Assembly: GCF_009914755.1 (NCBI RefSeq)
Contig: NC_060948.1
Direction: 5' to 3' (one strand)
Source of the DNA: the human T2T-CHM13v2.0 reference genome, Homo sapiens
Length of the DNA: 64,000 nucleotides
Shown here one piece after another: positions 44,454 to 64,000 of the stretch (the stretch's first letter is position 1; the number at the start of each line of letters is the position of its first letter). The notes beneath the pieces were generated by a model. The model made no database searches. It was not told where the DNA came from and worked only from the letters and a program-made list of their open reading frames with translations. The position numbers were made by a program, and so were the translations under genes.

Positions 44454-47334
44454 CTAATAGAACAGAAAATAAAGAATTGCTGCCTGTATCACATTGTTCA
44501 AATGAATGCAGGACCATTCTGCAGGAGTCCTTGCCAAGATCCGGAGAGACTCTGCTGGGCTTTTGGTTGACATGTGACCTGCTTCAAGTTGCTCTTCCCT
44601 GTTCATTGACTTCAGGCCCCCAATCCCACTCCTTGCCACTGCATTCCACTTCACTTGGCTGAGATGAATACAAGTCACCCTCATCATGGCCGACTCCAAC
44701 TGACATATCCTCCCTCCATGTCACAGGTTCTTGTCCTTTACACAGATCTCCTTTCTCTTCTTGAAAGCAAAGCCTACATTTCAACCTCTGCCTTTCATTA
44801 TAATACCTCTCCTATCTGTATGACCCTGACTGAGCCACTGATCCCTATTTCTATACAGATCAGTTTTATAATTCTTACTCCCATAAAGATGCTCAACTCT
44901 GTTCTACTCTGAAAAACAGAACAGACATCAAACCCCTGCACTCCCCCAGCCATTCTAGCCATCTCACTGTTCATTTCCCACTTCCTCCAAATGGACAGCA
45001 GCCCTTCCTGGGGTTTTCACTATTATTCAGATAAGGATCCTTTCCATATCTTTTCCTCTATTCCTGCTCTCTTCACCTACCCTTGCATCCACAGTTCTGA
45101 TAGTTTTCTACTATACACATGTGAAATCCCCACAATACCAGCTTCATCATGGGTGTGATCATTCTAGTTTTTTGTTTTGTTTTGTTTTTTTGTTTTTTGT
45201 TTTTTTTTTTTTTGTCATGCTCTTTCCATCCTCCATCTGCCCAGCAACCAGCGCTGGCACATTCATATTCCCTGTATTTCAGCTGCAACAGGGGTCTTCC
45301 ACACCATCTCCCTGAAATACTTAAACAGCCCAGTCAGGACTCTCCTTGAAGTCAGTCTGTACCTTCTAGTAACTTGTGATCATTTCTACCAGGCATTTCC
45401 TGAGGCATTTCCTGTGTATCTGCTGTGCAGTGTCTCTGCTCTGGTAGAATTCAACACCATGGTAGTATGGGCTCCAATAATCTGCCTTTATCTTTCCATA
45501 TCGATTTCCTGTAACACCACCAGCTTTGTACTAGAAATATTTCATCTCTCTCAACCCACTCACTGGGGCCTGGCCATGGCTGTGTCTTCCTTGCTTGTCA
45601 TTTGCCTTTACTGTATCCTCAGCCTGTATTAATCCCATGCTGTCATAAAGCCTGATATGACCTAACTGAAATGATAAAACCTAACTGAAATGTCATCTCC
45701 TCCTTATTTCTGAAGGGACAAGTAACCAAACCAGTCCAGCACCTTACTTGCACGATATCTTGCACCTGCTTCTTGAAAACCTACAGATACTTGTTTCGTC
45801 CACTTCTATTTTATCCAGGGAATGCCCATGTTTTAATAAATTGTCTCTTCCCTTTGCATCTTGGCACAGATCTCTGCATCTCACATGTTTAATTACATCT
45901 CATGCTCAGAAACAATTTTACTGACCTTTCTCTTCAAGTTCTGACACGTAACTTATTTTTTTATAAAGCTAGCAATGCTAATAACAAGAAAAATTCATAG
46001 GCTTACAGGAGGATTCTGCACCCTTTTGCTCTTCCTTATTTTAAAGTCATCAGCAGGGAGTTAGTTAGTTTCACGAATAAGAGAGAAGCAACACAATTTT
46101 TTCTCTCATTACCACCCATCTCGTCTCAATACTTCTGATGAAATTAAAATACAAAAAGGGACAATTTCTGCAGACAGAAATGCAACTTCCTCCTTGTTTA
46201 AAGAAGAAACAAAAGTTACTCTAAAGTGAGATTGCTTTCTTATGTGGAATAGTATTCTCAAAATAGCAATGTTGTTTAAGCACATTTATATTGAGAAATA
46301 AATAGGAAGAACAAACTACTTTTCTACTCTGGTGTGTATTTTGCACCTGTATGGTGGAATACAGAAATGTCTTTGGACACAAAGGCAAAGAAATAAAGTA
46401 TGTTTATTGGGTACCTCATAGCAGAGACAACAAATTTCAGCCTTTTCCATATCATCTGTGCCCATGCAGAGGTGAAATGATGAATATAAAAATTTCTCAA
46501 TAACAACTATGTTACTCGCTATGCTGCTTAAAAATTTTAAGGCAAATATTATAATGTACATTCTCTCTGAGAGGTAGAACACCTTGTTACTCAGTTGATT
46601 TCGTTTATTCTATCATGTTATTTTTATTCCCTTGCTTAGGCCTGTGAAAAATGGCTGCCTGTCAGAAACTCCCTCTTGTGGCCATGTCACCTATGCATCA
46701 GCTGCAACCGGTTTCTTCTGCAGTCCTGGGTAATGGCTTGCTGACCATCTGCCTCAATGTCTAGAAATCAGGAAGACAAAGGCTTGGTTTGGTTCACTGT
46801 TGTATGTTCAGCCCCAAGGAAAGTGCCCAGCAGACAGAGGCTCTAGATCAAGTCTCACTGAGTGCTTTCCAAAGCAGATTTACTCGGGAATCAGCAAAAC
46901 ACAATTTCTCAAAATCCCTTGCCTATTTAAGTAATTCTATGTGTTCCTCAGTGCCATGAATACACCCAAAAAACTGCTAACCAGACGTTTTGGTAATGTT
47001 TTGAAGAAGATGTATTTTCAATATTTGTGGGGAACAAAGAGGTGGCTTAACTTGAGAAATTATCTTTCATATTTGAGGATTAAACACTTTGATCCCAAAA
47101 GAAAGGATCCTGGATGTTTGCTCAGCCCTGGAACAAAAGTGCAAAGCTCCAACATCTCTCTTCCCATCTCCCTCCATCTCCAGCAAGGAAAGTTGGTAAT
47201 CTTAAAGAAGGCTGGAATAAGAAAGTGGGACAGACAAGAGAAGTCTGATGGCCAGTTTTTGTATAGTGCTAAGTTAAACCAGTGTTACAGCTTTTCCAAA
47301 AATTGAAATACGAAATCTATTTCCCCAATTCCTT

Positions 47335-50789
<3,455 letters not shown>

Positions 50790-51086
50790 AAGAAATACAT
50801 TCTCTAAAATCACTCATTTTAAATCTGATAAGTTAATGATGTATTTATGAGCTTAGCTCAAACTCTGAAATTTGTCATGCTGAGATTTTTAAAAGTAAAC
50901 AGACACAACCATAAAAAGTTTCATGATAGGAAAATGAGGTGATGCAGCTGTACTTGTAGTTTTATCACAGAATAAAAATGTTCCAATTTGTAGCTGCTTT
51001 TTTTTAATACCAATAGATATGTTTCACCAAAACTAATTTTTCTACAACTTCAACTTATAAAAACTGATACTTATGTTGAAACTTAC

Positions 51087-51187
51087 CTTTAAAAGGTGAG
51101 TCAAATTAGTCATTGTCCTTAAAATTTAGCTTGTTGACAACTGAAAATTCACTTTTGTCTTGAAGTTCCCTCTGTCTGTGGTAAAGG
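51087..51187 (-). pseudogene. OFD1: OFD1 pseudo-exon 18
   Basis: 101-nt exon with TCTAG acceptor and GTAAGT donor. [32 protein letters not shown], versus OFD1 [33 protein letters not shown]. Confidence 0.93.
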
Positions 51188-51644
51188 CTAGATTGGAAAA
51201 ATAAAATTCATGAATATGAAGTTCTAATAATGGAAAACCCAAGAGCATCAGGTGGCAAAAATCCTTCTGTTACTCAAGAAAATGCTCTGAAAAATTTCTT
51301 TTCTCTTTTTTTTGTAAAGATTACTCCACCTCACCACCATCATGAGGCACTGTTCTCAGCAATTAATACCTGCTTACTCAGTTACTCACTGTAACTATGT
51401 TATACTGTGAAGTGGGTACTACAGTTGTTAAGGAAGAATAATGTTGGACTCTGAATGCTACTCCTAGGAGTTTACTTTTTCAATAATGATAAAACATTTC
51501 CAAAACAATTTCTGCATATAATCAGCATGAGCCAGATGAGGAGGCATTAGCAAAAAATTGAGTGAACAGAGTGCCCTACTTAGCATATGTGTGTGTCTTA
51601 TCCTTCCTTTTCGCTTATCACAAGTACAAAAAAAAAAATAACCT

Positions 51645-51779
51645 GGCCATGTGTGGTGGATCATGCCTGTAATCCTAGCACTTTAGAAGGCTGAGGCTTG
51701 CAGATTACTTGGTCAGGAGCTTGAGACCATCCTGGCCAACATGGTGAAAACCCGTCTCTACTAAAAATATAAAAATTAG
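51645..51779 (+). mobile_element. Alu left arm, interrupted at the A-rich linker by L1
   Basis: GGCCATGTGTGGTGGATCATGCCTGTAATCC..CCCGTCTCTACTAAAAATATAAAAATTAG. Confidence 0.9.
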
Positions 51780-53977
51780 GTGGAGCCAAGATGGCCAAAT
51801 AGGAACAGTTCCAGTCTACAGCTCCCAGCAAGAGCGATGCAGAAGATGGCTGATTTCTGCATTTCCAACTGAGGTACCGGGTTCATCTCACTGTGGAGTG
51901 TTGGAAGGTGGGTGCAGGACAGTGGATGCAGCATAGTGAGCATGACCCAAAGCAGGGTGTGGCATCACCTCACCTGGGAAGTGCAAAGGGTCAGGGAATT
52001 CCCTCCCTAGTCAAAGAAAGGGGTGACAGATGGCACCTGGAAAATCAGGTCACTCCCACCCTAATACTGCACTTTTCCAATGGTCTTAGCAAATGGCATA
52101 CCAGAAGATTATATCCTGTGCCTGGCTCAGAGGGTCTTATGCCCAAGGAGCCTCACTCATTGCTAGCACAGCAGTCTGAGATTAAACTCCAAGGGGGCAG
52201 CGAGGCTGGGGAAGGGACACCCATGATTGCTGAGGCTTGAGTAGGTAAATAAAGAGGCTGGGAACCTCGAACTGGGTGGAGCCCACCGCAACTCAAGGAG
52301 GCCTGCTTGCCTGTGTAGACTCCATCTCTGTGGGCAAGGCATAACCAAACAAAAGGCAGCAGAAATCTCTGCTGACTTAAATGTCCCTATCTGACAGCTT
52401 GAAGAGAGTAGTGGTTCTCCCAGCATGCAGCTGGAGATCTGAGAATGGAAAGACTGCATCTTCAAGTGGGTCCCTGACCCCCAAGTAGCCTAACTGGGCG
52501 ACATCCCCCACTGGGGGCTGACTGACACCTCATACAGCAGGGTACTCCTCTGAAACAAAACTTCCAGAGGAACGATCAGGCAGCAATATTTGCTCTTCAC
52601 CAATATCCGCTGTTCTGCAGCCTCTGCTGCTGATATTCAGGCCAACAGGGTCTGGAGTGGTCATCCAGCAAATTCCAACTGACCTGCAGCTGAGGGTCCT
52701 GACTGTTAGAAGGGAAACTAACAAACAGAAAGGACATCCACACCAAAACCCCATCTGTATGTCACCATCATCAAAGACCAAAGGTAGACAAAACCACAAA
52801 GATGGGGGAAAAAACAGAGCAGAAAAACTGGAAACTCTAAAAATCAGAGCACCTCTCCTCCTCCAAAGGAATGCAGCTCCTCACCAGCAATGGAACAAAG
52901 CTGAATGGAGAATGACTTTGGCCAATTGAGACAAGAAGTCTTCAGACAATCAAACTACTCCAAGCTAAATGAGAAAGTTCAAACCCATGGCAAAGAAGTT
53001 AAAATCCTTAACAAAAAAATTAGACGAATGGCTAACTAGAATAACCAATGCAGAGAAGTCCTTCAAGGACCTGATGGAACTGAAAACCAAGGCAAGAGAA
53101 CTATGTGATGAATGCACAAGCCTCAGTAGCAGATCAGTTGGAATTTGCTGGATGACCACTGCTGTATGAGATACAGCTACTACTGGATCTGCACTGAATC
53201 TGCTACTGGATCAACTGGAAGAAAGGGTCTCAGTGATGGAAGATGAAATGAATGAAGTGGAGAAGAGAAGTTTAGAGAAAAAGGAATAAAAAGAAACAAA
53301 GAAAGCCTCCAAGAAATATGGGAATATGTGAAAAGACCAAATCTACATCTGATTTGTGTACCTGAAAGTGACGGGGAGAATGGAACCAAGTTGGAAAACA
53401 CTCTGCAGGATATTATCCAGGAGAACTTCCCCAATCTAGCAAGGCAGGCCAATATTCAAATTCAGGAAATACAGAGAACACCACAAAGATACTCCTCAAG
53501 AAGAGCAACTCCAAGACACATAATTGGCAGATTCACCAAAGTTGAAAACAAGGAAAAAATGTTAAGGACAGTCAGAGAGAAAGGTTGGGTTACCCACAAA
53601 GGGAAGCCCAACACACTAACAGCTGATCTCTCAGCATAAACTCTACAAGCCAGAAGAGAGTGGGGGCCAATATTCAACATTCTTAAAGAAATGAATTTTC
53701 AACCCAGAATTTCATATCCAGCCAAACGAAGCTTCATAAGTGAAGGAGAAATAAAATCCTTTACAAAGAAGCAAATGCTGAGAGATTTTGTCACCACCAG
53801 GCCTGCCCCAAAACAGCTCTTGAAGGAAGCACTAAACATGGAAAGGAACAACCAGTACCAGCCACTGCAAAAACATACCAAATTGTAAAGACCATTGAGG
53901 CTAGAAAGAAACTGCATCAACTAACAAGAAAAATAATCAGCTAATATCATAATGAAAGGATCAAATTCACACAAAAC
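51780..53977 (+). mobile_element. L1PA4/5-like 5'UTR, ORF1 and first ORF2 codons
   Basis: GGAGCCAAGATGGCCAAATAGGAACAG start; ORF1 fragments (KRPNLHLI, RYSSRRATPRHII); ATGAAAGGATCAAATTCAC. Confidence 0.96.
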
Positions 53978-54844
53978 AAAACAAAAGCCAAAATGGACAA
54001 ATGGGATCTAAAGAAACTAAAGAGCTTCTGCACAGCAAAAGAAACTACCATCAGAGTGAGCAGGCAACCTACAGAATGGGAGAAAATTTTTGCAATCTAC
54101 TTATCTGACAAAGGGCTAATATCCAGAAGCCACAATGAACTCCAACAAATTTACAAGGAAAAAAAAAAAAAAAACCCATCAAAAAGTGGACTAAGGATAT
54201 GAAGAGACACTTCTTAAAAGAAGACATTTATGCAGCCAAAAGACACATGAAAAAATGCTCATCATCACTAGCCATCAGAGAAATGTAAATCAAAACCTCA
54301 ATGAGATACCATCTCACACTAGTTAGAATGGCAATCATTAAAAATCAGGAAACAACAGATGCTGGAGAGGATGTGGAGAAATAGGAACACTTTTACACTG
54401 TTGGTGGGACTGTGAACTAGTTCAACCATTGTGAATGTCAGTGTGGCAAGTCCTCAGGGATCTAGAACTAGAAATACCATTTGACCCAGCCATCCCTATT
54501 ACTGGGTATATACACAAAAGATTACAAAACATGCTGCTATAAAGACACATGCACACGTATGTTTATTGTGGCACTGTTCACAATAGCAAAGACTTGGAAC
54601 CAACCCAAGTGTCCAACAGTGATAGACTAGATCAAGAAAATGTAGCACATATACAACATGGAATACTATGCAGCCATAAAAAAATGTTGAATTCATGTCC
54701 TTTGTAGGGACATGCATGAAGCTGGAAACCATCATTCTCAGCAAACTATCACAAGGAGAAATACCCAAACACCACATATTCTCACTCATAGGTGGGAACT
54801 GAACGATGAGAACACAGGGACACAGGAAGAGGAAAATGACACAC
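53978..54844 (+). mobile_element. L1 ORF2 end/3'UTR segment, 3'-truncated
   Basis: ACAAAAGCCAAAATGGACAAATGGGATC (DKWDL) through CACAGGAAGAGGAAAATGACACAC. Confidence 0.93.
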
Positions 54845-55528
54845 ATTAAGAAATACACCTCCCTAGCTACAAGTTTCATTTGAATAACTTGATTTCCATA
54901 AATAATGCCAATGCACTTACACCAGTTAAAATGTACCAATATCTGGATCTCTGACTCATTGAAAAATTACTGAGCCAAGTAAAAACTCCAACAAATATAT
55001 TTCTCTACATACAATTTAGCCCGGAATAACTTGAATTCTATCAATAATGCCAGCCCACATACACCACTTAAAGTCTGCTAATGTCTAGATTTCACATTGT
55101 CTGCCTGGTCCCAAGAATGTGCCTAACTAGCATAGCTTTTCCTTCATATATTAAATAACTTTTTTTTTTTTTGTATTGAGCAGCAATCTTTTAATCTCAG
55201 GGAGAAAGCAAAGTCTGTCTCTGTAGGGGTTTTGCTTTGTGGATTACTCTCTAGCATTAAGAAGAGAACCTGTACGTCAGGTGCTTATTTGTTTGGATTC
55301 TTTTAAAACAAGAAAGAGCATAAATATATTGAATCCTGGATGTCTACTTTAAAATCATCTATCAAATATCTTTCTTAAACAGTAGAGAGTACTTGACGGT
55401 TATTTCTGTTTAACAGCTTCTGCAAAAGAAGAATTATCTAGCCCCAACTATAATTCTTGAAAACCTGGTATTTGCTTGGCTTCTTTATTACAAGATTCTA
55501 GCAACTTTTGTATCATAAGACACATTCA

Positions 55529-56348
55529 TTTTCTTAATCCAGTCTATCATTGTTGGACATTTGGGTTGGTTCCAAGTCTTTGCTATTGTGAATAATGCCG
55601 CAATAAACATACGTGTACATGTGTCTTTATAGCAGCATGATTTATAGTCCTTTGGGTATATACCCAGTAATGGGATGGCTGGGTCAAATGGTATTTCCAG
55701 TTCTAGATCCCTGAGGAATCGCCACACTGACTTCCACAATGGTTGAACTAGTTTACAGTCCCACCAACAGTGTAAAAGTGTTCCTATTTCTCCACATCCT
55801 TTCCAGCACCTGTTGTTTCCTGACTTTTTAATGATTGCCATTCTAACTGGTGTGAGATGGTATCTCATTGTGGTTTAGATTTGCATTTCTCTGATGGCCA
55901 GTGATGATGAGCATTTTTTCATGTGTTTTTTGGCTGCATATGGCACATATACACCATGGAATACTATGCAGCCATAAAAAATGATGAGTTCATGTCCTTT
56001 GTAGGGACATGGATGAAATTGGAAATCATCATTCTCAGTAAACTATCACAAGAACAAAAAACCAAACACTGCATATTCTCACTCATAGGTGGGAATTGAA
56101 CAATGAGATCACATGGACACACGAAGGGGAATATCACACTCTGGGGGCTGTTGAGGGGTGGGGCGAGTGGGGAGGGATAGCATTGGGAGATATACCTAAC
56201 GCTAGATGACGAGTTAGTGGGTGCAGCGCACCAGCATGGCACATGTATACGTATGTAACTAACCTGCACAATGTGCACATGTACCCTAAAACTTAAAGTA
56301 TAATAATAAAAAAAGAAAAATGTTCACACACACACACACACACACAAA
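55529..56348 (+). mobile_element. L1PA2-like 5'-inverted (twin-primed) insertion
   Basis: Inverted part 55529-55940, direct part 55941-56320. Diagnostic GCTAGATGACGAGTTAGTGGG. 12-bp TSD AAGACACATTCA at 55517-55528 and 56349-56360. Confidence 0.93.
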
Positions 56349-58429
56349 AAGACACATTCAGTATCTGTCTTATAAAAACGTTAGGCATAATGTGTATGCA
56401 TAATGTGGTGTGCCAATATACATATGTTGATGTGTATTGTGTATGCCTTCCAGCTGTAGTGAAATTTAGCTCTTCACCAATCATCAGTGACTGAATTTTC
56501 TTTCTTGGGACCCCAGAAACTTAGACTGTCTACAGTTTCATTTGCTATATTAGCGTTGCACAGAAATTATAAAAATGTAATGAGAAAGAAAAGGGGAGAA
56601 ATATAAACTCTATGGTTTAGCTTCTAATCATAAATCAACATAATTGACTTCACCCCATTTATCTCAACTTGAACAACCAAATTTTTCAAAAGCTTCTTAA
56701 CATCTCTGATTTATAAAAAACACAGATTGGGTTAAGAAACCTTGAAAATATAATATCAGAAAGTTCTACATGTACGCCTTTCTTTACAATTTTCAGAAGA
56801 TATAGTCCAACGCTATCAATTTTTTATAGGCACCTGAGACTCTAGATATTAAAATACTTAGATTTTAGAATATTTATCTTCATTTGTAGCATCTAACCAC
56901 TAGATGCTAAAAGCAACCTTAAGAATTCCACTCCCAGTCATGAATCAGGCTTAGAGTAAAATCTATTGATCTATAGAAAACCCTAGAAAATCACAAGGAA
57001 TGTGTGTCAGCTCCATGAGCTCATCAATAATTGTTCCCCTTCCACACTATGCTTCAGCCACGGTGATCTTGCCATTTTTCCTAACACGATAAGCAGGCTT
57101 ATGCCAGGAGTCTTTACACTTTTTGATCCTACTGCATAATTACAGGCTTATTCTCTTGTTCTTTCATTTAGGTATTGACAGTCTCCATGTAAGCAAATTA
57201 TTTTATAAGTTTTTTATATACAACCAAAACGTACTTGGTAATATAGAATCCTGCCTAATGTATTTTATATGGAATTGATAACCTCACTTAAGAACAAAGC
57301 AAAAGCAAAACAAAGCCGACTTTATACTATTACCACCTAATATTCAGGAATCCAAATTAGTAGATTGACTTATTTTACTCAACGTTAGTAACAGGTAAAA
57401 TTATAAATCTTCTAAATATAAATAAACTCATGTGAAAATACAATTATCGCTTCATAAATAACAAGTAATTAAAAAAATTGTCTAGACCTTGGAAACCAAT
57501 AATTATTTATATCAACCAATCAAAGAGTTAATCAAGAAAGACAAGTTGAAACCGCTGGGAAATTTTTTGCGGTCTTTGCATTCAACCATCCAGGCACAGA
57601 TGACGTTTCAAAAGTTAAATTCCACATTCGCAAAGTGAGGCTGGGATTTCTGATCTAGGAAGGTGTGAAGAATAATGTCTGTGCTAATTTATTGAGTTTG
57701 TTCTACCCTTTAGGGGTTACATAAATTATTGATGAGGCACACTTATCTCTGTTTTGTCTGATGCAGAACTGATTTATAGTTAAAAATGTTAAGCACAGGT
57801 AACTAACATTTAAGTCCTGGGAGCAAAGGATACCGTTGATGTATAAAATAGACAACGTGTAAAATAAAGTAAAAGATGAATAGATCTTTATTTCAAAAAA
57901 AATCTTGACTTTCAAAAGTATTAAAATAACCTGAGGTATTTAAAAACTTAGTTACATAAACATAACAGAAGATATTTTCAAAAATGCGCAAAACTCTAAG
58001 CATTAATTCAGAAAATTAGCTATAATTTTAATGTGAGAAGAAAGTGAAGGCTAACGCAGAATTTTAAGCTATCTCCCTACATGATAAAGGGGAGTGTTAA
58101 TACAGACCCAATTTTAAAAATTGATATTTTTATATTACACTCTGTCAAAACGCTGTTGGAATTCCAGCTAAGCCTTAAACAACAAAGGGCACATCTTGAA
58201 TAAATAAAGAATACCTGACTATCAGAGTTAACATGTTATAATATTTTAAATATAGCATTCTAAAAAATAAAAGCACAAAAAATCCCACAAATTTATGGCT
58301 AATGTGAAGTAAAAACACAAACTGAAACTGTCCTAAACTTTTTAGACAAAAACTTTAAACCTGCAGTTTTAAGTATGAACAAATAAAAAATGACAGATGA
58401 AAGATAAAAGATCAACATGGGAATATCAG

Positions 58430-59400
58430 TGAGATTGGAACAGGAATTAAAAGAAATTAAAGAATGTGTAAGCAGAAACTCAGTTGTATGTAAGAAAACC
58501 AATCACCCCTTATTCAGCCTGTGACCCAGGAAATAATCAGCTATATGTATGTTATGACCCTAAGTGCTTACCCTGTGAATTCTGGTTTGAGGTACATATT
58601 AAATCAGAGGGAGAAAAAGAAGGAGAGTTTATAGGTCAACATGAAGAAGCCCCTCCCTCCTATAAAGGGCCTATTCTCTTGTACTTTGATGCCTGCCAGG
58701 CTGGGGATGATCATAATCTTAAAACAAAACAAAACAAAACAGAAACAGAAGCAGTCCGCGGTGGTTTGACACAAGAAAGGTTTAACAGCAGCAGTCTCAA
58801 ATATCTAGATGGAGACCACAAATCGGATACCCAGACTGTAACATTCAGTGATCTATACTAACACAGCTCCTTAAAGCCAGAGCTACCTTTTTGGTCTAAA
58901 GGATGCACAGCACTATTACAAGTTGATAGACAAGGAGCTGGCTCTGGAATTCTGCTACTAACTGTCAAAAAGGCTAGAAGTAAGCATTTTGATCAGTCAA
59001 TGCCTGAGCTTTCCCCATCAACCAAAAATGTGTTTGTTCAACTAGCTGAAAACATAGCTGGCGGCTGAGGAATTTCCTCATGCTATGTAAGTGTAGGAAC
59101 TAATACGGGGGACCAGTGGCCATGGGGGGGCAAAGGAATTAATGCCACAAGATAACTTCACTTCGCCAAACCCTACCAATAAAGCCAGCAGTCTCAGCCA
59201 GTGTTTGCTTGTTGCAAATCTCCATAATTGGAAAGTCTTGTATTGCCTGATGGGAAAAGGCAGAATGCTTAAAAGGTAACTTAACTCTTTGTTCAGGGCT
59301 CAGTCCTTCAGAGGTTAATCTGAGTGGGCCGGTGCATCTACATAATAAGTATCCTCCTCAACCCCATCGGTCCCTCTGACTCCTTAAAAAAGTCCTTCCA
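58430..59400 (+). mobile_element. Collapsed class I ERV (ERV3/HERV15-like): LTR start, env SU fragment, LTR end
   Basis: LTR-like start TGAGATTGGAACAGGAATTAAAAGAAATT. env CDPGNNQLYVCYDPK and [28 protein letters not shown]5-like CTTTGTTCAGGGCTCAGTCC. Confidence 0.7.
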
Positions 59401-60054
59401 GAAGACAAATTAAAAAAGAAAACCTGAAAAATCTAGAGATAAGAAGCACAATTACTTGGATTAAAAAAAAACTATTAAATAACTTTAACAACAGATTGAG
59501 CTTCAGTAAATCTGAAGACATAAAAATTGAAACAGCCTAAAATGAGAGCAAATATCTTTGTGTCTTGTCAATGAAAATACTTTAAAATTTCCTATTCTGG
59601 AGTGTTCTGAAGAAGAAATAAGAAACCACTTGAAAAGAAAGGTTGGTGGAAATTTTACAGAAGTGCTGATTTTTCACCAACTGTTTCCTGTTCTACTTTC
59701 CAGCCCCTTTGTATCTCCATCTTATAAATTGGGCAAATAATATTTTTCTTTCAGAATAGTGTTAAAAACTCAGGTGAAATGGCTATTGAAGAGCTAATAC
59801 TGGAAGACCAGGTTAGAGTAAGAAAAGAGTTATTGGTCCTTCAAACTTCAGAGGGATATGACACATGTACTGTAAAACAGGAGCTAATCTTATTCTAAAG
59901 AGTTCTTAGCTTTGGCACTAACACTATTGCTCATGGCCTTATAAATGTTTGTTATCAAATCTATCTAATTAAACCCTGTATGTGGTGTCTTTGAGTAATC
60001 ATCTTGATTTTTTTCTTGACCTATTTTCTCTTAAAAGGTTTTTTTTAACTCAGA

Positions 60055-60644
60055 AAGGGCAACATCATTAATCAGTAGAGAAATACAAATCAGAATCACA
60101 ATGAGATACCACCTCAGGCCTGTCAGAATGGTGACTATTAAAACGTCAAGAAATAACAGATGCTGGAAAGTCTGTGGAGAGACAGGAAGACTTCTAAACT
60201 GTTGGTGGGAAAGTAAATTAGTGTCCACACTGTGGAAGACAGCGTGGTAATTTGTTCAAGGATCTAGAAACAACATTGACCGAGCAATGTCATTACTGGC
60301 TATCTACCCCCAAAATACAAATGTTTCATATTTGAAAGATACCTGCACGTGTATGTTTATTGCAGTACAATTAACAGCAGCAAACACATAGAATCAACTC
60401 AAATGCCGACTTTACTCAGAGAACATTATCAACTAGATACATAAAATGTAGTACATATACACAATGAAATACTTTGCAGCTTCAAAAAGCAATTAGATCA
60501 TGTCTCTTGCAAGGACATGGATAAAGATGGAACCATCATCCTCAGCAAAGTAACACAGGAACAGAAAACCAAACACTACATTTCCTCACTCATGAGTCAG
60601 AGCTGAACACTGAGAACACCTGACACAGAAAAAGAAACCACACT

Positions 60645-60645
<1 letters not shown>
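60055..60645 (+). mobile_element. Older L1 (L1PA13+/L1PB-like) 3' fragment
   Basis: Diverged CAACATCATTAATC..AATGAGATACCACCTCA..CATCCTCAGCAAAGTAACACAGGAACAGAAAACC. Confidence 0.8.
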
Positions 60646-63853
<3,208 letters not shown>

Positions 63854-64000
63854 AAAAATACAAAAATTAGTCAAGCATGGTGGTGTGTGTGGAGTCCCAG
63901 CTATTCAGGAGGCTGAGGCAGGAGAATTCCTTCATCCCAGGAGGCACTGGCTGCGGTAAGGTGAGACTGCACCCCAGCCTGGGTGACAGAGCAAGACTCT
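63854..64000 (+). mobile_element. Alu right arm
   Basis: AAAAATACAAAAATTAG..GGAGGCTGAGGCAGGAGAAT..CAGCCTGGGTGACAGAGCAAGACTCT. Confidence 0.9.

Noticed and set aside
46600-47330. OFD1 exon 19
   Set aside because: No convincing match; it may have been lost in the deletion at ~50789.
54845-57900. Further Y pseudogene exons in unique DNA
   Set aside because: No translation could be matched to a known protein by eye; needs BLAST.

Overview
Primate (human-like) non-coding genomic DNA with no intact protein-coding gene, RNA gene or CRISPR array. Its backbone is two tandem, diverged copies (A ~11755-26517; B ~35351-51640) of the tail-to-tail GPM6B/OFD1 block known from Xp22. Both are unprocessed pseudogenes: a GPM6B terminal exon plus 3'UTR on +, and OFD1 3' exons on -. 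This points to the Y-chromosome OFD1P/GPM6BP ampliconic region (inference). The block is heavily invaded by L1PA elements, Alus, an internally deleted HERV-K(HML-3) provirus, a near-complete ERV3-like class I provirus and a solo LTR22. The most notable observations are rearrangement scars: multi-template 'patchwork' insertions, an Alu split by a 12-kb rearranged L1, reciprocal exon deletions between the copies, and a candidate unannotated in-frame OFD1 cassette exon. I see no evidence for a novel protein-coding system. Family, gene and exon-number assignments come from remembered reference sequences, not from searches.
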